Source: Thermoproteota archaeon
Lineage (GTDB): Archaea; Korarchaeota; Korarchaeia; Korarchaeales; Korarchaeaceae
DNA length: 64,000 nt
Direction: 5' to 3'
Assembly (NCBI GenBank): GCA_027491415.1
Contig: JAOZFH010000018.1
Span: 16,856-80,855, forward strand
This document shows positions 55,861 through 64,000 of the stretch, piece by piece. The notes beneath the pieces are model-generated. The model saw nothing but the letters and a program-made list of their open reading frames with translations. It did no database searches and was not told the origin of the DNA. Every line of letters begins with the position of its first letter. Position 1 is the stretch's first letter. The position numbers and the translations under genes are program-made.

Positions 55861-56526
55861 TTGAGGCTCGTCATCATGGGGCCTCCGGGCGCGGGTAAGG
55901 GGACTCAATCCGCCCTGATCTCGTCTAAGTATGGGATACCTCACGTGTCCACTGGAGACATGTTCAGAGAGATCCTCAAGAGGAGCGATGGCCTCGCCAA
56001 CCGAATAAGAAAGTACGTCGAATCGGGGGAACTCGTACCCGACGAGCTCGTCGTCGAGATGGTCCGAGATCGGATATGCAGGCCCGACTGCGAGGGGGGG
56101 TTCATCCTGGACGGGTTCCCCAGAACGGTCGCCCAGGCCGAGGCGCTCGATAGGATGCTTGAGAGCGCGGGCAAGGAGCTCAACGCGGTGCTCTACCTCA
56201 GAGTCTCTGAGGAGGCCGTCGTGCGCAGGCTCTCGAGGAGGAGGGTGTGCGAGCGTTGCGGGGCCATCTATCACCTGGATTACAACCCACCTAAGAGGCC
56301 CGGGGTCTGCGATCGGTGCGGGGGCAGGCTGATTCAGAGGGACGATGACCGGGAAGAGGTCATAAGGGAGCGGCTGAGGGTGTATCACGAGCAGACCGAG
56401 CCCCTCATAAACTACTACGGAGAAAAGGGTCTCCTGGTGGAGATCGACGGGTGCAAGGAGATCCACCAAGTCTGGGAGGACGTTCAGAGGGTTCTCGACC
56501 CCATAGCGTCCCGGGGGGACTGCTGA
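55861..56526 (+). CDS. adk: Adenylate kinase (bacterial type, Zn lid)
   Basis: GPPGAGKGTQ, STGDMFR, GELVPD, LDGFPRT, CERC..CDRC lid, QRDDD. Confidence 0.95.
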   Translation: MRLVIMGPPGAGKGTQSALISSKYGIPHVSTGDMFREILKRSDGLANRIRKYVESGELVPDELVVEMVRDRICRPDCEGGFILDGFPRTVAQAEALDRMLESAGKELNAVLYLRVSEEAVVRRLSRRRVCERCGAIYHLDYNPPKRPGVCDRCGGRLIQRDDDREEVIRERLRVYHEQTEPLINYYGEKGLLVEIDGCKEIHQVWEDVQRVLDPIASRGDC

Positions 56527-56529
56527 ACG

Positions 56530-57454
56530 GTCGACCGCGAACTGTGGTTTTACGCCAGGCGCTAGCCATGACCTCTGCCGTGGATCTGGCGGATGCGTAG
56601 GCCTCGGGTATGGCCGTTGCGTTGGCCTGGGCCTCCGCCAGAGTCTCGGATATCGCCTGTAGAGCCGACCTCGCGCCCTCAGCCCGCTTGGCGGCGGCCT
56701 CCGCGGCCCAGCTGGCCACATCCAGGGGCACCTCGTCAATGACGACCTCCGCCTCACCCCCGCCTCGGAGAGGGCGCCGACGCCGAAGAGGTAATCCTCT
56801 ATCTCACCCCCCTCGAACTCGCCGGTCCCATCCCACCCCCCACTCCAGCGAACACGGCCTCGTCGACGGGCTCGCTGGTGAGAGCGATTCGCATCTAGGC
56901 CGGGAAAGGGGGTGGGATGTCAAGCCTGACCTCGCCGCCCATGTGATGGTTGAGGGCCTCGTTCCTCACAAACCACTCGTCCCTCCACTCGCCGTCGCGG
57001 TCGATGTCCACCGAGACGTTGAAGTACCAAGTTGATGCCGCCGCCCCCGGCTCCAGGGTGACGTTGACGTAGTAGGGGGAGGGGCTGGTTGACCGAGAGC
57101 CCGTCGTCGTACGAGTCGTCATCGATCCCATTCTGCCTGACATTCGGGTCACCTGGGTCCAGTGTCCCCTCTCCGAGCTGACCTTCAGCCCCAGCACCGC
57201 CCCCACAGGGTTGAGAACTACGCCCCCGTGCCCGCCCAACCCGCCTTTGGGGTCTCATACCACGTCGGGAACCTATCATCGACACCGTCATAGGGGCTAG
57301 CATATTCCGCAAGGAGGACACCAGGGGCGTCTCCGTAATTCCCATGAGGGACAGACGGAGCCCGAGCTCCAGCCAAGAAGTGGACCCCAAGGAGGGCACC
57401 CGCAGCCACCTCTGATGCGGCCGCCAATCCGACGAGAGCGAGGGAACTCCTCAA
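56530..57454 (-). pseudogene. Decayed secreted GEVED-domain protein
   Basis: Signal peptide, NYGDAP, D.DRDGEW..EWFVRN, in-frame TAG 56895-56897 before MRIAL, GEIEDY at 56791-56808, at least four frameshifts. Confidence 0.65.
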
Positions 57455-57673
57455 CGTTGCAATGAAGGCGCGTGAGTGCGAATTAAATCTGATTGCGCCT
57501 TAAGCTGGATAGTTCTGAGTTTTTTAAAGAAAGAAGGACATCAGCAGCCCGGCATTCGCTCCCTCGGCCTCAGTGGAACTAACATCCTCGGGGCGGCGTG
57601 TGGTCTCCTCCCATCTTTGCCCGAGCTTAAGTTAATTGACGCGGCCGGGCGGGGCGGGGGAGGGTGACACGAA

Positions 57674-58951
57674 ATGCAGGAGAACCTCACCTCGGTCAAC
57701 CAGGCCCTGCAGTCCATAATGCCCCTGATCTACCTCATGGCGCTGGGGATCGTCGCTTCCATCCTCTTCTCCATCGTAGACATGTTCTCAATCGACAGGG
57801 TCCTGAAGCTCGTGAGGGGGAGGAGGGTCTTCGTCTTCCTCGGGAAGGAGGCGCACTACGGTAGGCTGGAGACCCCCCCAAGGAGCAAGGGCGGCTTTGA
57901 GGTCTTCTACACCGACTCAGGGATAGAGAACCCGCTGTCGCTTGTGGCGTTCCTCGTCGAGAACTACCACGAGACCGGGAACGAGAGGTTCCTTGAGAAG
58001 GCCGAGATCCTCCTCCAGTACCTGAAGGACAGGGGCATGATCGACCCGAAGGTCACGATAGAGGATGTGAAGATCGACTCCTGGGCCCCCCCGAGCCGGG
58101 TGTCCCGGAAGGTGTACTCCAACGAGCTAGGCGACCTCTGGATGATAATCAGCTTCGTGGACGAGATGACGGAGGAAGAGAAGCTCAGGAGGTGGAAGGA
58201 GCTCTCAGACCTCTACAGCAAGCCGCTCCTGAAGAGCGCGAAGAGGAAGATCTACAACTCTCTCAGCTACGTGAAGGACAAGGTCGCGGCGGCGCTGTCC
58301 TCGTCCACCGGCATGCTGATGTCCAGCTTGCCCGCCGATCTGAGGAAGGCCGTTGAGGAGGCCCAGGCGAAGGCTCTCGGAGCGGCCGTGGGTCAATCTT
58401 ACGATCCGCTGCTCGAGAACAGCATAGGCAGGCTCGTCACCGTCAGGGTCGACGACGTCGATGGGGAGAGGAAGTATTACCAAGGTGTGCTGGGGGAGTA
58501 CTCCGACAGGTACATCTACGTCTTGGATGTGGACTACAGGCTCCAGCTCACGGCGGAGGTCTCCGGGACTGAGGTTCGGAGGGTTGTCCCGGTCGTGCGG
58601 TTCTTCGGGGAGAGGCTGGATGTCGCCAGAGAGAGGCACTTCGAGCTCTCCAGGGGGAGCAACGGTATCCTAGAGATCAAGAACTCGTGGAGGAGGCCAA
58701 TCAAGGTGGAGAAGGTCACGTTCGGCGACAAGGAGGTCTCTGTCGGGAGGGTCCTGTTCCCCGGCGACTCGGTCGAGGCGAGGGGAGTCCCCGAGACCTG
58801 CTCCATCCACTACGAGATAGCCCTGGAGTCCGATGTGGTCTGGCCCAGATCCAAGGCTGTGATCGTTGGACTGGGAGACTACCCGCCGAGGATACTCCGG
58901 TCTGTGCTTGAGGGACTGAAGGTCAAGAACCTGGTCAAGAGGGTTATCTGA
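57674..58951 (+). CDS. Hypothetical protein with N-terminal TM
   Basis: 425 aa, strong codon bias, GGGTGA SD. Confidence 0.8.
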   Translation: MQENLTSVNQALQSIMPLIYLMALGIVASILFSIVDMFSIDRVLKLVRGRRVFVFLGKEAHYGRLETPPRSKGGFEVFYTDSGIENPLSLVAFLVENYHETGNERFLEKAEILLQYLKDRGMIDPKVTIEDVKIDSWAPPSRVSRKVYSNELGDLWMIISFVDEMTEEEKLRRWKELSDLYSKPLLKSAKRKIYNSLSYVKDKVAAALSSSTGMLMSSLPADLRKAVEEAQAKALGAAVGQSYDPLLENSIGRLVTVRVDDVDGERKYYQGVLGEYSDRYIYVLDVDYRLQLTAEVSGTEVRRVVPVVRFFGERLDVARERHFELSRGSNGILEIKNSWRRPIKVEKVTFGDKEVSVGRVLFPGDSVEARGVPETCSIHYEIALESDVVWPRSKAVIVGLGDYPPRILRSVLEGLKVKNLVKRVI

Positions 58952-58989
58952 CCGCCGACCACGGGAGCCCGGCCGGCTCTGCCCTCCTC

Positions 58990-59511
58990 CTACTCCCCCT
59001 TCCACGGGAGCCTGATCTTCGACTTTAGGAACTGGAACCCCTCCTCCTTCCCCATGCCCTCCAACACGTCTCTGTACTCCTCCTCCAGGAGCTTGAGCTG
59101 GCAGTAGACGTAGAGGGCGTCGTAGAGGAAGAATTGCCTCTCGAGCGCCTCATAGTCGTCCTCCACCAGGAACATGGCGCCCCTCGCGATGGCCTCCAGC
59201 CCGGCGGCCTCCGGGGCCAGGTGCCTGTCCTTCTTGATGTCCGCGGCGTGCACTATCTTGGCCAGCTCGAGGAGGGCCGGGTCGTCCAACCCGTACTTCT
59301 CGATGATCGCCTCGAAGCTGCACTTGCCGTCGTGGTGCCCAAGCTCCACTCCCGGTATGTCAAATGGGATTCCATCCTCGGTCTTAAGCTCGGTTCCCGG
59401 CCACGGGACGAACTTGAACTCCGCCTCAGGGTCGATGAACCGCTTGATGAGCCAGGGACAGGCGACCCTGTCCACGTGAACCCGCGCCCGGGTCACCCAC
59501 CTCAGACGCAA
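58990..59511 (-). CDS. Chromate resistance protein ChrB-like domain
   Basis: WVTRARVHVDRVACPWLIKRFIDPEAEF, PFDIPG, CSFE, APEAAGL. Confidence 0.88.
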   Translation of the reverse strand: MRLRWVTRARVHVDRVACPWLIKRFIDPEAEFKFVPWPGTELKTEDGIPFDIPGVELGHHDGKCSFEAIIEKYGLDDPALLELAKIVHAADIKKDRHLAPEAAGLEAIARGAMFLVEDDYEALERQFFLYDALYVYCQLKLLEEEYRDVLEGMGKEEGFQFLKSKIRLPWKGE

Positions 59512-59574
59512 CCACCCCGGAGAAGTCTGTCGATACCGTAAAAAGGGGAGGGCAAGTCAAGGGGCCGGGTCGGC

Positions 59575-60801
59575 TTGCCCTCCGGGGGGAGGAGTAGATC
59601 GACGGAATTCGCACTTCTGTGCCTGATGGGGGCGTTCGCCATCTTCAGCTCCACAGCTTCCAAGTCACCGCTCCTCTCCTGGTTTGCAGGGCATCTGGGG
59701 GCCACCGAGTTTGAGATAGGGCTCATAGCGTCCGCCAGCACCGTCACGGGTGTTGTCGTGAACGTCGCGGCCGGCGCTCTGTCGGACATCTACGGAAGGA
59801 GGAAGCTCCTCCTCACGTCCGCCTTCGTTTTCGCCTCCGCCCCCTTCCTCTACCTCCTGGTGAGGACGCCCTGGCAGCTGGGCCTCCTGAGGGTCTACCA
59901 CGGGGTCGCCACGGCCGTGTTCACGCCCGTGTCCATGGCGGCCATTGCCGACATGTTCCCTCTGGAGAGCAGGGGGAAGACGATGGGGACCTTCTCCTCC
60001 GCCACGATGGTGGGGAGACTGATCGCCCCGGCCGCGTCCGGCGCGCTGGTCTCGGTGCAGTTGCTCGGCCCATTCCGCCTGGCCTACCTGGTGTGTGGGG
60101 TCATGGGTTCCATCAGCCTGGCGCTGGCTCTCAGGCTGGACGTGGGCTCCGGCCCTGAGGGCAGGGGAATGAGTCCCCGAGACGCGCTGAGGGGGATCTC
60201 CTCCGTCCTCCGCGACCGCAGGGTTCTCCTGGTCAGCTCGGCGGAGGCGGCGTCCTACTTCAGCCTCGGCGGAGTTGAGGCCTTCCTCCCACTGTACGCC
60301 GACCTGGTGGGAATGGAGAGGTGGGTCACCGGCGCCCTGATGGGCTTGGAGGTGCTCACCATAGCGCTGGTCAAGCCTGCGACAGGGGCGCTCTCAGACA
60401 GGCTCGGCAGGGTCAGGTTCATCTTGGCCGGCCTGGCGGTTTCCGCCGCAGGGTCGGCCGCCCTGGCCTTGGCAAGGGACCCCCTGACTATCGGGCTCTG
60501 CCTCGTCGCCCACGGGGTGGGCACCGCTTCGGCCACGTCGGCGACATCCCCCCTGATATCGGAGATAGCCCCACGATCGGCGGTCGGGTCAGGTCTCGGG
60601 GCTCTGGAGTCCATTAAGGACGTGGGCCACGCCTCTGGCCCAATTGTGGCCGGAGTCCTCGCGTGGACCCTGGGGTACCGGGCGGCATTTCTCGGGGGCG
60701 CAATCGCCCCGCTCGTCGACGCCGTAGCGGTCGCCATCCTGCTCGGCTTGGGGGGCCCTTCTAGTAGGGAGGGCGCGGACTCGCGCCCCGGAAGTTTATA
60801 G
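59575..60801 (+). CDS. MFS transporter
   Basis: GALSDIYGRRK, GALSDRLGR; 12 TM. Confidence 0.92.
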   Translation: MPSGGRSRSTEFALLCLMGAFAIFSSTASKSPLLSWFAGHLGATEFEIGLIASASTVTGVVVNVAAGALSDIYGRRKLLLTSAFVFASAPFLYLLVRTPWQLGLLRVYHGVATAVFTPVSMAAIADMFPLESRGKTMGTFSSATMVGRLIAPAASGALVSVQLLGPFRLAYLVCGVMGSISLALALRLDVGSGPEGRGMSPRDALRGISSVLRDRRVLLVSSAEAASYFSLGGVEAFLPLYADLVGMERWVTGALMGLEVLTIALVKPATGALSDRLGRVRFILAGLAVSAAGSAALALARDPLTIGLCLVAHGVGTASATSATSPLISEIAPRSAVGSGLGALESIKDVGHASGPIVAGVLAWTLGYRAAFLGGAIAPLVDAVAVAILLGLGGPSSREGADSRPGSL

Positions 60802-60825
60802 GGCGCCCGCAGGCGACGGGCCAGA

Positions 60826-61449
60826 GTGGGATTGTCGAGCCCCGATTCCCCCGCCCGCCCCCAGCGATCGAGGGTCTCGGTCGAGGAACTCAGGACTAGG
60901 CTTGGCCGTCTCCTGACGAGCTTAATTGAACTCGCGATCGCCCTGGGCCTCCTGTTCATCTTCGGTAGGGTCTTGGACGGAGCGTCGATAGACCTCTTCG
61001 GCATAACGATAAGCGGGTTCGAGATCGTGGGCATGCTTCGGCTGGCGGCGGTCGTCTACTTCGGCTACAGCATGCTATCAGAACTCCTCTGGCTGCTCGA
61101 TGTCTCCGCCAAGAGGCTGTCCAGGCTGCTCGGGCTTGCGGAGGTACGTGGAATAAGGAGGGTCGGGCAGGACGTGATCTACCTGATGGGGCTAGCCCTC
61201 GCCTGGTACGCCGTCTCCCCGCTGGTTAGCTCCATCCCCCCCGGGGCGGCGAGGCTCGTGCCCTCGCTCGCGTTCCTCGCGGTTGGAGTCCTCCTGTTCT
61301 ACGACCTCGCAAAGAGCGTCTACAGACTCTTCAAGGAGAAGTTTGAGGTTCTCCTAGACGGTCTCACCGAGTTCCTGGCCCGGGGCCTCTTAGAACAGGA
61401 GGAAGGGGATTCTGCGCGACCCGAGGGAGGAGCCAGTCGGGAGGGCTGA
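60826..61449 (+). CDS. Hypothetical membrane protein (4 TM)
   Basis: Four hydrophobic helices; start uncertain. Confidence 0.7.
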   Translation: MGLSSPDSPARPQRSRVSVEELRTRLGRLLTSLIELAIALGLLFIFGRVLDGASIDLFGITISGFEIVGMLRLAAVVYFGYSMLSELLWLLDVSAKRLSRLLGLAEVRGIRRVGQDVIYLMGLALAWYAVSPLVSSIPPGAARLVPSLAFLAVGVLLFYDLAKSVYRLFKEKFEVLLDGLTEFLARGLLEQEEGDSARPEGGASREG

Positions 61450-61464
61450 GGAGAGGCGTTGACC

Positions 61465-62757
61465 TCACAGCCCCAGCCTCAGCAGCATGTAGGCATCCGC
61501 AACGGCCAGGTGGAGGAGCGTCATGGGGGCCCCGACCTTGACGAACTCCCACGGAGTGAACCCGGGCTCCTCCCGCTCAAGGATGCTCACGGCAATGAGG
61601 GAAGGTGGGGAGGCGAAGTAGGTGAGGCTCCCGCCGAGGTTCGCCCCTATGGCCAGCGCCCAGGCCATCAGGTTGGGGGCCGAGCCTCCCGCGGCCGCGG
61701 CCTTCTCGACGATGGGAATGAGGGTCAGGGTTATCGGGATGTTGTCCACGATCCCGCTGGCCAGCCCGGCGATCCAGAGCGTGATGGAGGAGCTCAGCGG
61801 CCAGGGAAGGCCGTAGATCGGGGCCACCTGCTTGGCCAGGAGGTCGAGGACTCCAGCCCTCTCCTCTGCCCCAACGAGCACGTAGAAGCCGGCCAGGAAG
61901 AAGAAGGTCCCCCAGTCCAGCGACCTGAGGATGTCCTCCGGCTCTGCCGCGCCCAGCCACAGCATGGCCACGCCGCCCATCAGCGCAACTATGTCCATCG
62001 GCACGCCCGTCCTGTCGGAGAGGGCGAGGAGGGCCACGAAGGCTACGAATATGGCTCCGGATCGGGCAAGCGACCAGACTCCCTTGACCGCCTTCCAGGG
62101 ATCGATGTCAACCTCTATTCGACATCCCTCGCCTCGCGCGAGGCCGCCGGTCCAGAGTCCGACGGCCGTGGTCACGGCGGCGAGCAGGAGGGCGAGTGGA
62201 GCCGTGATGGAGACGAAGTCCGCGAACGTGAAGCCGAACTCCGCCGCCACTATGAGGTTGGGGATCGAGCTGATCATCAGGCCGATGGAGCCCGCGTTGC
62301 AGGCCACCGCCTCGTAGAGGATCCACTTTCTCAGCCTGATGGGAGCCCGCCTGGCCACCGAGGCGGTGATCGCCCCGATGATCAGCATGGCCGGCAGGTT
62401 CGGGATCACGAGGGTCAGTCCCGTCGACATGAACATGAAGGCGGTGAAGAGGAGCCTGACGTTCCCCCTGACCAGCCTGACAATCCAGAGCCCGATGAAC
62501 TGGAACAGGCCGGACCTGGCGAGGCCCTCCATGAGCAAGAGGACGCCCAGGATGAGCCTCATAGTCGGCCCGTCGATGAAGGTCGAGACGGCCTCCTCTG
62601 GGCTGAAGATGTGGTAGACGAAACCCCCAAAGTAGACGGCAAGGGAGGCGCCCAGGAGGGCCGACACCACGCGGTGGTACTTCTCCGTCACGAGGGCGGC
62701 CACGGTGAAGGCGAAGACCAACATCATCACTGTCTGCCCCTGAGAGGCCTCCAGCAT
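61465..62757 (-). CDS. ArsB/NhaD/SLC13-type permease
   Basis: SGLFQ, DWGTFFFLAG, SGIVDNIP, GANLGGSLT.FASP. Confidence 0.88.
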   Translation of the reverse strand: MLEASQGQTVMMLVFAFTVAALVTEKYHRVVSALLGASLAVYFGGFVYHIFSPEEAVSTFIDGPTMRLILGVLLLMEGLARSGLFQFIGLWIVRLVRGNVRLLFTAFMFMSTGLTLVIPNLPAMLIIGAITASVARRAPIRLRKWILYEAVACNAGSIGLMISSIPNLIVAAEFGFTFADFVSITAPLALLLAAVTTAVGLWTGGLARGEGCRIEVDIDPWKAVKGVWSLARSGAIFVAFVALLALSDRTGVPMDIVALMGGVAMLWLGAAEPEDILRSLDWGTFFFLAGFYVLVGAEERAGVLDLLAKQVAPIYGLPWPLSSSITLWIAGLASGIVDNIPITLTLIPIVEKAAAAGGSAPNLMAWALAIGANLGGSLTYFASPPSLIAVSILEREEPGFTPWEFVKVGAPMTLLHLAVADAYMLLRLGL

Positions 62758-62760
62758 GTC

Positions 62761-62943
62761 CTACTTCCTCCTGGACAGGAGATACTCGAGGGCGAGCCTC
62801 TCGACCCTCTTCTCGAACTCCTCGTCGCCCTCCAAGGACTTAAACTCATCTTCGGAGATCCCCTCCGGCATGTAGACCCTTATCTTGATGAAGGGCCTGA
62901 CCGCGTAGTCCACCTGATCCCTTATCCTGGCGTACTCGTCCAT
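62761..62943 (-). CDS. Small hypothetical protein
   Basis: MDEYARIRDQVDY... with GAGGT SD; ends 4 nt before the permease. Confidence 0.55.
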   Translation of the reverse strand: MDEYARIRDQVDYAVRPFIKIRVYMPEGISEDEFKSLEGDEEFEKRVERLALEYLLSRRK

Positions 62944-63107
62944 CGCAACCTCGCTCGCCCTCTTCACGGGCCTCCTGCCCAGGCCCCCCTCCTCGGACTT
63001 CGGCCCGTCCGCCGAAACCACCCGGGCGCGCGTGGATGATGAACGTGATAAAGGGTTCTCGGCCCCGCGCGGAAAAGTAGTAATCGATCCGCCGCGAAGC
63101 GATACCG

Positions 63108-64000
63108 ATGGACACCAGCTACAGGGTCCGGGACATCTCTCTCGCCCCCTCGGGCGCGGAGAAGATCGATTGGGTCTCCAGGTTCATGCCCGTCCTGCGC
63201 AGGATCGGCGAGAGGTTCAGGGAGGAGAGGCCGCTCGAGGGCCTGAAGGTGGCCGCGTGCCTCCACGTGGAGATGAAGACGGCCTTTCTGGCCTTAACCC
63301 TGCAGCAGGCGGGCGCCGAGGTGAGCCTGGCCGCGAGCAACCCCCTCACGACCCAAGACGACGTCGCCGCCGCCCTGGCCGAGGAGGGGGTGAGGGTGTT
63401 CGCCTGGAGGGGTGAGACGGAGGAGGAGTACTTCGAGAACATGGACAGGGCCCTCGACGTGCGGCCTGACCTGGTGATAGACGACGGAGCCGACATGATA
63501 GCCAGCCTGCACTCTCACAGGACCGAGTTCCTCGACGGGGTGATGGGCGCCACCGAGGAGACCACCACAGGGGTGATCAGGCTCAGGGCGATGGAGGGGG
63601 AGGGGGCGCTCAGGATCCCGGTCGTGGCTGTGAACGACGCACTCTGCAAGTACCTCTTCGACAACAGGTACGGGACGGGGCAGTCGACCTGGGACGGCAT
63701 CATGAGGGCCACAAACCTTCTGATAGCGGGCAAGAGCGTTGTCGTGGCCGGCTACGGCTGGGTGGGCAGGGGAATCGCGATGAGGGCCCGCGGCCTCGGT
63801 GCCAGGGTGATTGTCACGGAGGTGGATCCGATAAGGGCCCTGGAGGCCGCCATGGACGGGTTCGAGGTCATGCCCATGTCCGAGGCCGCCAGTGTGGGCG
63901 ACATCTTCGTGACGGCCACGGGGGATGTGGACGTGATCACGGCGGAGCACTTCAGAGTCATGAAGGACGGCGCAATCTTGGCGAACGCTGGGCACTTCAA
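63108..64000 (+). CDS. ahcY: S-adenosyl/inosyl-homocysteine hydrolase (3'-partial; missing from ORF track)
   Basis: [75 protein letters not shown]. Confidence 0.96.
   Translation, partial: MDTSYRVRDISLAPSGAEKIDWVSRFMPVLRRIGERFREERPLEGLKVAACLHVEMKTAFLALTLQQAGAEVSLAASNPLTTQDDVAAALAEEGVRVFAWRGETEEEYFENMDRALDVRPDLVIDDGADMIASLHSHRTEFLDGVMGATEETTTGVIRLRAMEGEGALRIPVVAVNDALCKYLFDNRYGTGQSTWDGIMRATNLLIAGKSVVVAGYGWVGRGIAMRARGLGARVIVTEVDPIRALEAAMDGFEVMPMSEAASVGDIFVTATGDVDVITAEHFRVMKDGAILANAGHF

Noticed and set aside
61459-63039. 526 aa plus-strand ORF and many similar long antisense ORFs (e.g. 36836-37753, 48661-49653, 55717-56757)
   Set aside because: Shadow ORFs of well-supported opposite-strand genes; expected in GC-rich DNA with biased codons
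63035-63100. ATGATGA box C-like motif upstream of ahcY (similar one near 48125)
   Set aside because: No suitably placed D box with a terminal stem
1-64000. CRISPR arrays, rRNA, transposases, integrases
   Set aside because: No regularly spaced repeats, rRNA signatures or recombinase motifs were seen by eye

Overview
GC-rich, gene-dense archaeal chromosomal segment, probably a thermophilic TACK/Korarchaeota-like organism. This is inferred from the archaeal-type SHMT C-terminus, Tsr3, Trm5/Taw2, TATA-box promoters, GGTGA-type SD motifs and an intron-containing tRNA. About 70 mostly housekeeping or metabolic genes: glyA (partial), APC permease/phosphoesterase/nucleotidyltransferase trio, tldD/pmbA, moaA/moaC/moaD-E, ATL-EndoV fusion, proline-dehydrogenase-type operon, deaminase, LarA family, prenyltransferase/methyltransferase/B12 radical SAM, KaiC-like ATPase, radical SAM/SPASM, ABC exporter with S-layer-domain protein, tRNA modification enzymes, proteases, adk and ahcY (partial). 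No CRISPR array, rRNA, transposase or integrase was seen. Highlights: (i) a two-gene divergent module (CofE-like ligase plus multi-TM protein with an inactive KaiC/DUF835-like domain) present twice, about 23 kb apart, in inverted orientation; (ii) a transporter + phosphoesterase + nucleotidyltransferase unit that looks like a writer/eraser pair; (iii) a tRNA-Trp(CCA) with two BHB introns that appear to carry split box C/D elements; (iv) candidate ncRNAs and several frameshifted pseudogenes. All family calls come from motifs recognised by eye; no database search was run.
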